A DNA stretch of 63,872 nucleotides, the filler included, from Aduncisulcus paluster (taxonomy: Eukaryota), in NCBI GenBank assembly GCA_024181965.1. It is 9 parts of 9 records of this genome, joined end to end, with 100 filler letters (N's around TTAATTAATTAA, not from the genome) between each part and the next. Parts side by side here need not be neighbours in the genome. Positions count along the whole stretch, not along the records: positions 7,807 to 23,134 come from BQXS01011259.1; 8 more parts are not named here. One strand, given 5' to 3'. The stretch's first letter is position 1, and each line of letters begins with the position of its first letter. The notes beneath the pieces were generated by a model. It searched no databases. It was not told where the DNA came from and saw nothing but the letters and a program-made list of their open reading frames with translations. Made by a program: the position numbers and the translations under genes. Shown piece by piece: positions 11,301 through 23,234 of this stretch.

Positions 11301-12050
11301 ACAAACCAATGATAGTGCACGCAACATTATCATGGACATATCCCCTTATGAGAACTGTTAAGCCTAGGCCCATATTAACCAATCCCACTGACAGAACAGA
11401 ATCCCAATCGCATTTGTCCCAAAAAAAACAATTCCAAATAAATAAATGACTGGAAGAAGAAAAAACCAGCCGTTTAAACAAAATACAACAAAAATAGTGA
11501 AAAAGGTGATGATATAGATGAAAATAAAAATTAAATCAATTGACATTTCTCTCATACAGGAAAAACAAACTAACAAAAACACAAAAACAAAGCCAATTAT
11601 ACCCATAATACCAATGGCTATGTTAAAACCTTGTGAAATTTTCTCTTTATCAAATGTTTGTACCTGCAGGTTAGACTTGACGCCCTTAAGAGATTTCCGG
11701 ATATTTTGGAGAGGTGAAGGAATATTATTATCTGATGAATCTCGATACTTTGAAATTTCTGTATCTTTCACTGCAATATAATCATCAAGCTCACTAGTAT
11801 TATCAACAATAGGAGGCTCTTCTCTTCCAAATTGTCTCTCCCCATATTCAATGGAAGACTTGAGATTATAGTCAGCTAAATTATGAGTATCATGATGGAA
11901 TCCACCCCTCAAATCATTTTTATCCTGCTGCGACCATGATTCAGTGTGAGTTGTATGAATCCTCTCAGAATAAGCAATATTAGAGGAATGGACAGTATTG
12001 ATAAGGAGGAAAAGTAGCATAATTCCGATAATCAATACTTGAAGATGCAT
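8355..12050 (-). CDS. Receptor-like protein kinase: signal peptide, polytopic membrane region with internal repeat, Pro-rich linker, kinase (about 1173 aa after repair)
   Basis: MHLQVLIIGIMLLFLL signal; more than 10 hydrophobic segments; IGTGGFG, CVFKK, HRDIKPENF, VLGDLGL, GTLMYNAPE, SDAYALG. Split by a duplicated 20-N gap and a 1-nt frameshift at the T8 run (11421-11428). Confidence 0.8.
11110..11439. other. Assembly overlap duplicated around a 20-N gap (11110-11264 = 11285-11439)
   Basis: 155-bp direct repeat flanking the N gap at 11265-11284. Confidence 0.9.
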
Positions 12051-13101
12051 TTTATGACGTTCTAAACCAGAATACAGAATATTATTTATGAAGGAATACT
12101 AAGACTATTATTTGGGATGTAGTAAAATAACAATATAATATACAGAAAAGTCAAAATATTACCAACAATGAAATTGAAGAATTGTGACAAAAAGGAACTA
12201 TTCTTTGGCTCAGCACTGGATATCACTTTTCTCAGTGAGAAATAATTCTGGGGGGAAAATAATTTGAATGGAATTATGGTCAATTTACCTTTTCGTTAAC
12301 ATTAATACCAATATAAACCCCCAATAAAATATTTTTTCCTCCTCCTTATTTTTGATTTTTCCTCAGCTGAGAAATCTTTCCAATTTCTCTACCATAAAGT
12401 TCAACGGTCATTTATGGTTTAGATTCAACATAATACCAATTTTACCGTCAACAATGGTGAAGTAGATCGCATAAATAACAGTATTTCATAGGTAACAAAG
12501 AAATCAAACAAAACACGGTCAAACAATCAGATAGCTGGGTTTTTTTCATAATGCTTCAAGTCAAAACAGTTTTATATTTCAGCACAAGGAATATTTCATC
12601 GACCCACAACATGGGAAAAAGGAGTTTATATCAAAAAATTTCAAAATTCGATGGAATCTATTAAGATCGGCATAAAAATTTAATGTTTCCAGTAGAATTG
12701 TTTTATATATTATTTTGAAGTTTTTTAAGATCATTGAATGTTTCATTTTGATGGTTTTATCTGCTTTAACCAATCACTTTTCATTGAACAAGAATATAAA
12801 TATATTTCTGCCATTTGATGGAAAGAATATGAATAATCACAAAATAATAAGACCATTTCCAAAAGTGTGCATTGTGATGTATATGCCATTATCAAGAAAA
12901 ACGACTCGTTTTACAAATCTCATGAATCATGATCACGTGACATGATATCACGTGTTAGATTGGATGGAAAGAGAGAGCACAAGAGTTAAAGAAAATAATC
13001 AATCCGGTACTTGGACATTTTGAAAATTTATTCGGAAACCGTTTCCGTGGGTGACCAAGATGCCATCTGCACTGTTCCCAGTCGACATATGAAGAAGTAC
13101 A

Positions 13102-15840
13102 TTAAACAACACTATCCCATTTCCCTTGTTTTATCGAAACATCACCAAAAGGTACATCCTTTTCTTTCTTAGTTTTATCCACCTCATGTAATACCCCAGT
13201 ATCCTTCAGGAAAGAGGATGGATCGTGATGATACCCTTCTCCAATCTTTGGAAGTAGATGTTTAACAAATTTTAATTTCTCATGTGCGAGTTTCACTGTC
13301 ATTCTTTGTGATTCATCACGTTTTGTCAAACCTTCATACACTTCTTGCAAACATGTGGCCACAGGTTTGTATTTCCCACCACAAATATGTTTCAAAGCCT
13401 CAAAGGATGGATATCTCGCCAAGGAAGGAAGTGAACCTCTTTCATGAATCTTCACCAAGGCATCAATGAACTGACATTGCTCTGATATTCCTTTCAAATA
13501 AGGGTGGTGAATCAGAGGTAATTCATGGGAAAACAAAGCAAGAATGGTCATCCCAAGGGAATGTGCATCACTCAATTGTGAATGGAAACCTTCTTTGAGA
13601 GCTTCATATGAATTAAACACAAATGTGCCACACCATGTTGGAGCTAACTTCCCTTTGCTGCCATCAGAAGAAAAAGAAGAAGAGGAATTTATGAACAAAG
13701 AACCACTCGCAGAAGCTTCATTTTGTATTTTAGCAAGACCAAGATCTCCAAGAACAATGGACATTTCTTTACCTTCTGCGTCAGTTCGAACAAGGAAATT
13801 CTGAGGTTTTATATCACGATGCACGAGAGAACGCTTTGCAGAGAACACGTCATCAAGACATTCAACACAACCAACACACAGAGCAGCCAGTCTTATAGGA
13901 TCATACATTGTAATATCATCCTCATCAGAGCGATCGGTGTCATCAGAATCATCGGTGCTGGTTAACTTCTCAGAATGATCTTCTAATTTGAGCAAAGCAC
14001 TCACTCCTTCATGAACACACCATCTCTTGGCAAATGAATCAACACTCCCACCAGCACAATATTCCATGATAAATCCAAACGACCCAACATCAGAGTCAGT
14101 TGAAAAAGAATTCAGAACATACATCGGTCGTGGAATTCGTTTATAACACTTTGGATTCATGAATAGCTTTTGTTGGTGTCGAAACTCCTTAACACAGTTT
14201 GACATCGTTTCAATATCGTTTGATTGAAGCATCTTTTTCAACACACAATACTCATCAACTCCATGGATTTGTACAAGGTGAACCTCACCAAATCCACCCC
14301 GACCGAGGATTCGAATGGAAGTAATATCAGAGGAAGTAAGCAAATCATCGAGAGACAACTTAAAATCTTTCATGGAAAAAGGAAAAACCGGAGATTTCAC
14401 CTTAGATTCCTTGGGGTAATGAGAAGGAAAAGATAAGGTATCAACACTCAAGTCAGGTGATGTATGAATCTGAGAAGAAGAGAGGAGAGGGGTTTCAGAA
14501 GACTCATGGATACCATCGATAGCAGTAGAGTTTGATATAACTTCTGATTGTGAGAAAAGTTTCTTTTGTAACTCAACAGCTTCCTCTTCCATTTGTAATT
14601 CCTCAAGTTGCTCATCGAGTTGTCCTTTTTGCTCAAATACTCCGACTCCTTTTCCGAAATCCTTTACAGTCAGACCTTGTCCATCATCTTCTTGTTCTTC
14701 TTGAGAACTATCTACCCCACAAGCAATAAATCCTGTGATAGAACACCATCTGTTCCCTGCTCTTGAGGTCACAGATTTAACTATAATCTCTTTAACATCT
14801 CCTAGCTCAACAGGGAGAGAAAACCATGCGTCTTTCCCCAGAGAAGCACCTGGGAATGTGTATTTCTTCCCAATAGTCAGAGGTTGAGCATGTTTAATAG
14901 CCGATTCAGCGGATTCACCTGAAACGAAGAAGATAGACAGCTCTGTTGGTTGCTCTAAGGTTCTTGGAAGACATATATATAATCTCTCAATGTAAGAAGG
15001 TGTAGCAAGGGAAAATGTACTCCGATATAATGAAAGAAGTCCAATTCCACTGTCTATAATGGCATGGAGATCGTCTATATTGGAGTTCTCGGCATACTCA
15101 GCATGAGAGTAACCACAACTAATGATAATAAATTGATTGCTGTCTGGAGCAATAACTGGGGACGTCGAAGGGATATGGGATAGCTTTTTAGACTCTGATA
15201 CCTCAAGAATTTTCTCACTGACAGAAGAAACACTATCGACACTAGAAGAAGGGTGTTCTTTCGGACATACAAAGCGAACCTTATCAATTCTACATTCAGG
15301 TTCCTTCGATGTAATTCCATCATAGACTTTTGAACATATAATGTCGATTGAAGTTATATCATGAGCATCAAGAGTAAATGAATACCAATGCCAGAGTCTG
15401 GGGAGCTGTTCGATGGAAAATGTAATCTTAGAGCTCAATTTATCACGTGAAAAACTCTCAAAGATTAATTCTTGAGGTTGATGGTTCCCAAAAAGACATA
15501 GATGGACACATATAATGGAGGAAGGAGCTGAAAATGGATAATGACGGCGGTGATGAAAATGATCCCTACCTTCAAGTAAATCAATTTCTAAAGGAGGAAG
15601 ATTGGGAAAAATAATCACTTGACTTAAAACTGATGTTGTGGTCTGATCAATATATCCATGTTTTAAAAACTCAGGAAATACATGCGATTGTAATATTTTA
15701 TGGCGAGATAAAGTGGATTGCTGATCCAAATGCGATGAAATAGTGGAAGTTGACTGAGTTAAGGGATTGGAATCGGGATGTATACAAAAATCGACCTTCG
15801 GATTATTAATAATGGAATTCTTTGAAGAAGAAATGCCCAT
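13102..15840 (-). CDS. Protein kinase with N-myristoylation motif and two N-terminal beta-rich domains
   Basis: ATG at 15840 gives MGISSSK (MGxxxS). Motifs LGRGGFGEV, CVLKKM, GFIMEYCAGG, HRDIKPQNF, VLGDLGL; same family as the 950 and 8355 kinases. Confidence 0.9.
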   Translation of the reverse strand: MGISSSKNSIINNPKVDFCIHPDSNPLTQSTSTISSHLDQQSTLSRHKILQSHVFPEFLKHGYIDQTTTSVLSQVIIFPNLPPLEIDLLEGRDHFHHRRHYPFSAPSSIICVHLCLFGNHQPQELIFESFSRDKLSSKITFSIEQLPRLWHWYSFTLDAHDITSIDIICSKVYDGITSKEPECRIDKVRFVCPKEHPSSSVDSVSSVSEKILEVSESKKLSHIPSTSPVIAPDSNQFIIISCGYSHAEYAENSNIDDLHAIIDSGIGLLSLYRSTFSLATPSYIERLYICLPRTLEQPTELSIFFVSGESAESAIKHAQPLTIGKKYTFPGASLGKDAWFSLPVELGDVKEIIVKSVTSRAGNRWCSITGFIACGVDSSQEEQEDDGQGLTVKDFGKGVGVFEQKGQLDEQLEELQMEEEAVELQKKLFSQSEVISNSTAIDGIHESSETPLLSSSQIHTSPDLSVDTLSFPSHYPKESKVKSPVFPFSMKDFKLSLDDLLTSSDITSIRILGRGGFGEVHLVQIHGVDEYCVLKKMLQSNDIETMSNCVKEFRHQQKLFMNPKCYKRIPRPMYVLNSFSTDSDVGSFGFIMEYCAGGSVDSFAKRWCVHEGVSALLKLEDHSEKLTSTDDSDDTDRSDEDDITMYDPIRLAALCVGCVECLDDVFSAKRSLVHRDIKPQNFLVRTDAEGKEMSIVLGDLGLAKIQNEASASGSLFINSSSSFSSDGSKGKLAPTWCGTFVFNSYEALKEGFHSQLSDAHSLGMTILALFSHELPLIHHPYLKGISEQCQFIDALVKIHERGSLPSLARYPSFEALKHICGGKYKPVATCLQEVYEGLTKRDESQRMTVKLAHEKLKFVKHLLPKIGEGYHHDPSSFLKDTGVLHEVDKTKKEKDVPFGDVSIKQGKWDSVV

Positions 15841-16023
15841 TTTTTGTTTTAAAATCAAGGAATATACTTTCAACAATTCCTTACAAGGGAGTTATCAGCA
15901 AATAAGCAAAAAAAAAAAAATCAGACAAAAAGGGTAAAGGTTTCTTTACTACACAGTGTAACAATAGTAAGACAAGCGAAATATAACAATGTTAAAGATA
16001 CATGTTAATAATGATCATCGAAA

Positions 16024-16263
16024 TTAGGGAGTGGGGTGAACGACCTGGGCACCCATTTGGACACCATTGTTGTTCTTGTGAGCAGCCTTACGCATGCAGC
16101 AACCAATGGACATCATAAGTCCAAAGAGAATGGCAGGAATTGCGAACACAACACCGAAAATGAAACCGTTCTCAACAAAGAAGCAGATAACGGCAATGAC
16201 AGCAAAGAGAACAAAGAAAACACCGCTAATAACGGCACAGATTCCAGAAAGACATTCACACAT
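16024..16263 (-). CDS. Small Cys-rich two-TM membrane protein (79 aa)
   Basis: ATG-started ORF with two hydrophobic stretches and juxtamembrane GCCMRK; GC-richer than its flanks. Confidence 0.6.
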   Translation of the reverse strand: MCECLSGICAVISGVFFVLFAVIAVICFFVENGFIFGVVFAIPAILFGLMMSIGCCMRKAAHKNNNGVQMGAQVVHPTP

Positions 16264-16538
16264 AATTTATAAAACTAGTAGCAACAAAAAGTTGAGATTG
16301 AAAAAAAGTAAACATTCTATTTTTGGAATAACCAGATAATCAAGAAAAAATGGAAAGTTCACGAGTAAAAAAAAATTAATTTATTGCATAATTATTTTGG
16401 AAAAAATAAATTCTTGAATGAACCTCGGAATTTCATTTCTATTTAAAAAAAATTACTACGACTCGAATTACATAAAAATTGACATCAATTATTATGGACC
16501 CCCATAAATATTATTCCAATAAACTTGTAGAAAGTTAA

Positions 16539-18512
16539 TTATTCAATTTTTTGTTCTTCTTTTGTTTCTTTAGCATATCCTTCAGCAATTCCACAATCAC
16601 CTTGTTTTACAAATTTTGGACTTTCCAAAACAGGAATATGCTCAACTTTCCACTCTTTCTGCAAATCACCATCGATATCCAACGACTCAGACCTCCTAAC
16701 ATCAGTCAATGATGCAGAAGCAGCACCAGAAAGAGCTAAAGTTCTTTCGATCACATTCCAAGAGTTAACTTTCCCATCCCACATGCTTAATTCTTTATCC
16801 ATAGCAGAAGAGCCATGCATATCACACGTGTCACAATCATATTCCTGACCATCTTGTGTCCCAATTATACCACCTATCATTTGAAGGAATTCAGAGAGGT
16901 CAATAATGGGTGTATCTGGCATATTACTCTGGATATCCTTATAACCGTCATCCCTCATCTTTGGAGGGATTGAATCATGTAGAATTGATGCCTTATGGAT
17001 GCATTCGGATAGTACAATCCAGCAGGAAATGAGAGGGGAGTTCAAAAGTTTATCCTCTCTCATCTCTCGACCAACATTGAAGATATAGCAATTAACACCA
17101 TAAGAATGCTTTATAAAAGCCGAGAGGGATATCATGGCTTGTAAATGACGTGGTTCTGGAGATAATATGTCGATAAGAAGACCAACGGAGGCAATAGGAT
17201 TGCTTGGAGAAGGAATTCCAGCCACTGATCGAAGTTCATCAAATTTTTCTCTAAACATTTCTATGTATTTCATGCGTTTTTTCATCCCTGTCATGGTGCA
17301 ATATCCAATGAGTTCCTTAGGATTCTCATACAATTGCCACAGGGCAGACAAACTACCCGCATGAGAATTAAATGAAATAAATTTATAGGTGAGAAGGTGT
17401 GAAATATCACAGTTTATAATAATATCAGTCAGGGAGTACGAAAGACCAGTCATTTTGAAAAGATCTGAACAACAAGAATAAGCCGAAGAGAGAGATTCCT
17501 CCTCCTCTCGGCTCTCACAATCGGACAAATGAATCACTAAACAACCGGAAAGAGTAGACAAGAAATCAGGAAGGAAAGTACCACAAGAAAAATGTTTGAA
17601 ATATGATCCTTCTGGAGCTTTGTATGATTCAAAGGAAGAGTCTTCTAATGCAAATACCTCAGCAGCCGTTTGTTTCTTCATTTCAGGATCTTCATCTTCG
17701 CTCTCCTTTTCTTTCTCTCCTTCTTCTTCTTCATTTTGAATTTCTACTTCTCCAACGTCAACAGAAATTGATGTAAGATCTTTCTTCGTTTCATCTTTCT
17801 TCGTTTCTGCCTCTTTCTTTTCTTCTTTTGATACAGGTGAAGCTTCCTTAGAGTCTGAAGAGACGACAGTACCAACATGATCTGGAATACAGGGGGCCAC
17901 GCACGATGTACATCCCCGTTCTTCCTCTCCTCTCTTTGAAATCCAAATATCTCTATCGGGAAATAGTTTGTGAAGACGTTTTCCAGCCTGAGAAAGAGAG
18001 TTTTCAAAGGATTGATCAGCTAACAGAACAATGGGACATGATTGAGGAAGCATATCAGCAGAAGTGGAGAGATATTGCTTTAAAGAGGATTCAAAATGAT
18101 CAGGGAAAAACTTTTTGGAGATGGGAATTCGCTTCACACGAGGAATGAATCCAAGTGATGGAGGGAATGATATCGGATGATTATGTGAGCTACCAAGGCG
18201 GATTATTCCTAATAAAGGGCTTAAATGCATTGATGTGGGTGTATGGATGCAACATTCTCCTGTAGTATCTAAAAATATCCGAATATCAAAAGGAGGTACT
18301 TCCGGTGGGAATTTGATTTGTTTTTTATATTTTTCTATATTTTCAGAGATTTTTTTCTCAATGGAACTGGAAGTTTCAAGCAAGGATGGATGTAAAGAAA
18401 CAGAGAAAAAAACTTCACGATAGGAGAGTGATTTCTCTTTGGAATATGAAATAAACTCATTAGACACACGTAAAATGAAACCTAATGATAAATATATATA
18501 ATTATCACTCAT
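16539..18512 (-). CDS. DPH2: Diphthamide biosynthesis protein 2-like
   Basis: IFLDTTGECCIH (cf. ILADTSYxxCCVD), VGLLIDILS, YIFNVGR...KLLNSPLISCWIVLSEC (cf. VGKPNPAKLANFPEIDxFVLVAC), C-terminal QGDCGIAEGY (cf. GRSGIARGY). Confidence 0.75.
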   Translation of the reverse strand: MSDNYIYLSLGFILRVSNEFISYSKEKSLSYREVFFSVSLHPSLLETSSSIEKKISENIEKYKKQIKFPPEVPPFDIRIFLDTTGECCIHTPTSMHLSPLLGIIRLGSSHNHPISFPPSLGFIPRVKRIPISKKFFPDHFESSLKQYLSTSADMLPQSCPIVLLADQSFENSLSQAGKRLHKLFPDRDIWISKRGEEERGCTSCVAPCIPDHVGTVVSSDSKEASPVSKEEKKEAETKKDETKKDLTSISVDVGEVEIQNEEEEGEKEKESEDEDPEMKKQTAAEVFALEDSSFESYKAPEGSYFKHFSCGTFLPDFLSTLSGCLVIHLSDCESREEEESLSSAYSCCSDLFKMTGLSYSLTDIIINCDISHLLTYKFISFNSHAGSLSALWQLYENPKELIGYCTMTGMKKRMKYIEMFREKFDELRSVAGIPSPSNPIASVGLLIDILSPEPRHLQAMISLSAFIKHSYGVNCYIFNVGREMREDKLLNSPLISCWIVLSECIHKASILHDSIPPKMRDDGYKDIQSNMPDTPIIDLSEFLQMIGGIIGTQDGQEYDCDTCDMHGSSAMDKELSMWDGKVNSWNVIERTLALSGAASASLTDVRRSESLDIDGDLQKEWKVEHIPVLESPKFVKQGDCGIAEGYAKETKEEQKIE

Positions 18513-18666
18513 GATTCAATTTATCTGGATCAAAAGAGAGGGAATAAGTTTTCATCATTTTTTGCCCAGAAAATACCAAATTAAAGCACAATCGTTTATT
18601 GTTTTTGAGAAATAAAAGCTTGGGAGAGGAAAAATAAGCACCAATATTTATTCAAAAACGATTAAT

Positions 18667-21600
18667 TTATTTCATTCCAGAAAACAACACAGAAGTATCC
18701 ACAGCCTCATAATTACTTTCTTTCATCACCTGATTTACCACTTCTGTCATCATTTTCAGTAAGTTCCGACTTCTTTCAAAGTCGAATTCCTCCAATTTCT
18801 TCCCAATACTTTCCTCGAATTCTGTTCTTGATCTCATCTCATCTTTTCCAGATCTTTTTTCCGAGTATAAAGATGATTTGGCATCACATATTTCCCTAAA
18901 GAATTCAATTTGAGCTTCAAACTCACACATGTCATACACAGGATGTGAGAGAGCAGAGCATCCATGGAGACATCTCGATGGAGGGAGCGTAAGACATATT
19001 TGGCTTGTGAACTGAGGGAAAGAATCATAGGACAAAGTCGTTGACACAACGCTTGTCTTGGAAACATATGCACCAGGACACATGTCATTAGCACATTGAC
19101 GTTTCTGAGAGTGCAACAGAGACATCATACGCTGGATAAACACCCTAAAGCACATGCAAACGTATGAAATTGGGATCATTTTGCTACATTTCGGACAGAT
19201 CGCAGGGGCATCATGAACGTGCATCCTCTCAACGCATCTACGAGGCATTGTGTGGACACTGACATCACCACACAAGAAAGATGAGTGTGAACGAGCATGC
19301 TGAGGGATTGGTACAATGTCTCCACACGACGACGGAACACCCTGTCGTGGAAACACAACACTATCCTCACAGTGTGGACAAATGAACACAAAGGGACGAA
19401 CGGTCTTCATTTCCTTGAAATCACCTTGCATGGTCTCAACAGCATCAAACATCTCGTCTTCCCCAAGCATGTTTGTGCTTCCAGAGGGATCATGCTGAGC
19501 ATGAGAGAAGCGCCTGGGATCAAGTCCAAGACATTCGGCAAGGACATCTGTCTCTAGCTGTCCTAGAGGTTTGCACAGACGAGAGATGGGTGGAAGAAGC
19601 TGATTCTCAACATAGTATTCGACATCAATATCATTAACATCACTCACTTCACTCACATGCACTGCACGCTCAGTGTGAGACAATTTTCTTAAGAAGGAAG
19701 TTGAAGATGAAGAAGACGAAGAAGGTCCTGATTCTCCTTGCCTTTGTTGTTTGATTGCCTTCTCTTTCTCTGCGACTTCCTTCCTAATCTGTTGTCCAAG
19801 CTCACTCTCTTCTTTGACAATAACATACGGAATAAACATACCTTTGCTCACGAACATTCCTTTTCTTCTCATTCGATAGGCAACAGCCACTTGGGGTAGA
19901 GTCCTTGACAAGGACGGGTTATATTGCACAAGATCTTTGTTCAGAGCATTAGTAATCACATAGGATTCGAGGGGAATCTTTCCTTCACGCATCATGGTTG
20001 ACATGTTCTTCAGAGTGTCTTTGACCTCCTCATTGACTTTCTCACTATCGGACGCAAATAGAATGGTCTTGAGAACACTGAAAGAAGCCTCCTTTGAAAG
20101 AAGGGACCAATTACGCTTCACGGCATCAATTCCTTTCTCCTCGCTCTTGGATGACTCAATGAGTGCTGCGAATGACTTCCCACGATGGCAGGGGTCAGCA
20201 GGTTGGATGAGGGACAACGCAGCGTATCCTCTCTTTCTAATTAACAGCATACGGACATACACTCCGTCGAGACCAAGCCTCAGTATTGTGAAGTTATGTT
20301 CGATCAATCGCTGGACTTTGTTGGCAACATCAATGGCATCCTCGATTCTCTTACTCTTGGAATCAATCATTACACTATCGGTATCACCATAAATAACATC
20401 AAACCCAGCCTTTTCAGAGCATGTCTTGGCCGTCACGAGAGCTTTCCTTCCGAGGAATGTGACTCTCTCAGCAATGTGGGGAGCATAGAATCGACTGTGT
20501 GTGTATCCAAGCATACCATACATACTGTTGGCACAGATCTTAAGGGCCAACTGTTTAATATGGAGAGTATCAACCTCAGAGTCAAGCTGAGTGATCATAG
20601 AGGCCAATGAGGATGATGGAAGGGCATTGGATTTCTGTTTGATGGTGTTATGGGTTATGAGTTTCTTAAGCTGTTTGATACGGTCACGCACTTGCTTCCT
20701 GTCGGCTACGAGACCTCCAATGACGGTAGGAAGGAGACCGTATCTGGCAGATGCAGGAGGAACGACATCTGCAACGCTGATATCCTTACTCTTCATGCCA
20801 AGATCAAGTTCCTGAGCGTCCTCATGGCCAAAAGGAAGTACTGTAGTGAAACATAAGTTGTATTCTTGGATAATAGAAGGATATAGAGAGTTATAATCGA
20901 GGAGAACAATCAAATTATCATGTAGGCCAATGATAGGGTCAAGAACAAGACCACCACTGTACGCAGCACCATGTTTGGCTGGCTTATTGACAGCTTTCTT
21001 TGTAGATTTAACAGGAGCAGCAGCAGTATCAGTCTTTTCTTTACCTTCTCCTTCCTTATCACCTCCTTCTTTCTCTTTATCCTTGCCTTCTTCCTCCTTC
21101 TCTCCGTCTTTTTCTATATCAGATTCCTTAGCACCCACATCTTGTTGAGCCTTTTGTTTCTTTCCCTTAGCACCCTGATTCTTACTCTTGTTGGCGGATC
21201 TCCCCTGTTGTTGGTTGTGNNNNNNNNNNNNNNNNNNNNAGTATCAGTCTTTTCTTTACCTTCTCCTTCCTTATCACCTCCTTCTTTCTCTTTATCCTTG
21301 CCTTCTTCCTCCTTCTCTCCGTCTTTTTCTATATCAGATTCCTTAGCACCCACATCTTGTTGAGCCTTTTGTTTCTTTCCCTTAGCACCCTGATTCTTAC
21401 TCTTGTTGGCGGATCTCCCCTGTTGTTGGTTGTGTGGAGTGACATCTTCACTATCTCCTCCACTCTCATCCTGTCGATCGGGGAGTATAAGCCCGTCATT
21501 GTAGAATCTATGCATCAGCATCATCTCAACTCTCTCGGCACGACCATACAGCGTTACCCTATCGTATCTATGACCGGTGACACGAGCAATCTGATGGTAA

Positions 21601-23134
21601 AGAGGTATAACATTAGTATGTTCGGCTAAAAATAGAGTGAGAAGATTGTCATCGAGGCATTCGTTGAAGAGAGCAAGAATCTGTTGTTCTCCCTTGTCAT
21701 CTCCAAGCTTGAAATTTGCGAATATATCAGCAATTCCAGCAGGGGGAGTGTGAGAGAATGTGCAGGAGGGATGGAGGTGAAGATGGACCTGAGAAAGATA
21801 CTGCAATGTATATGATGACTGTTTGTTGATGAATTCCTTTGTGCTTCGTTCGGTATCAATACACAGCCTTCCTGCGAACACTGTCTTCAACAAGAAAGTA
21901 GCAATGGCTTCCCGGAGTAAGGGTAGATTCTTAAGAGGAATCCTTGACAATCTCGATATTGATGGCATTGAGAGCTTGAGAGTTCGACTTCTACGCATGA
22001 TTTCAAACATAGAACTCACGAGGTTGTGTCCAATGATGACATCAGGGTTTGTATTGTATACAAATGCAAAGAAAGTCTCCAAAAGATCACGTTCATCCCG
22101 ACATGCCTTGAGAGGGGTAAGGAAAGATACAGGATATACCCCATTGGACGAGGAAGAAGTCGAAGAGGAAGCGAAGGGAGATGAAGAGGAGAAAGAGAGA
22201 CGGCTCGATGCAAGGGTCTTCCCAGTCCTGAACCTGACAGGAAGTCTTCCGTCAACCGGTCGAATCAATACAATTCCCTTGGAGTTAGGTAGCAAGTTAG
22301 CTTTACCTTCAAGCTGTGTATGGGCTTGATGCAGGAGAGATATGGCAAATATGGAGGATGTGGCTGCCCCATCTTTCTTTTTCTCCACAATCGTCCTGAT
22401 AGAAATAGACAAAGTACTCACACGGGGAGGTGAAGATAGGTCTGGGCCGAGAACTTTCATGGCGTCGATATCACGCTGTGTCATAAAATGAATAAATTGT
22501 TCTTCAACCACTGTGCAATAACCACACCCGTACTTGTGTTTCCTATCAAAAGAATAAGAGAAGAAATTACTGAGATCCTGGGTTGGGGGGCATGCTATAC
22601 ACATCCACCCTGGACCCTTGATTCCTTTCTTCACCATAAACCAATCAAGAGGAGAGATAGAGGAACCAAAGCAGTGGGAATAAGTCCTTGAACTGCTGGG
22701 GAGAGCAGAGGAAGAGACACTGGCAGGGTACTCAACACAGAGCCACACTTGAGGAGACCTATCCACTGTGGGGTCGGATGACACGTACTTACAGATCTGC
22801 AGGGAGTATCGAAGAGATGCCTTAGGTATTTTCAAATGGCTTCTAACATCACGCATGAGGTGTTGGAATTGAGTCCGTTGTTCTTCAGAGAGCATGGATA
22901 AGGGGATAGAAATTCGACTGGAACTGACAATACTATCCTTACTCGACGAGGCATCTTTATCCTTGGCATCAGAAGCATTGGCATCACCAGATGTTTGCTG
23001 GGAGGACTGACTTGAAACCTGGGAGGACTGACTTGAAACCTGGGAAGAAGAAGAAGATGTTTGAGGATTCTTTGAAGGGAATGCACGAGATACATTGGCT
23101 TTCACACGCTCATCTTGGAGCAACTCCTTGAGTG
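18667..23134 (-). CDS. POLA1: DNA polymerase alpha catalytic subunit, 5'-partial
   Basis: YSGGLVLDP...LLDYNSLYPSIIQEYNLCFTT, QLALKICANSMYG, YGDTDS, PDVIIGHN and C-terminal Cys clusters (CPHC...CPKC; CANDMC...CLHGC). The two ORFs join across the duplicated gap. Confidence 0.93.
21025..21434. other. Assembly overlap duplicated around a 20-N gap (21025-21219 = 21240-21434)
   Basis: 195-bp direct repeat flanking the N gap inside the POLA1 reading frame. Confidence 0.9.
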
Positions 23135-23234
23135 NNNNNNNNNNNNNNNNNNNNNNNNNNNNNNNNNNNNNNNNNNNNTTAATTAATTAANNNNNNNNNN
23201 NNNNNNNNNNNNNNNNNNNNNNNNNNNNNNNNNN

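Noticed and set aside
12915-12956. Clustered CACGTG/TCATGA palindromes as E-boxes
   Set aside because: Short motifs lying 3' of one gene and far upstream of the next; insufficient evidence.
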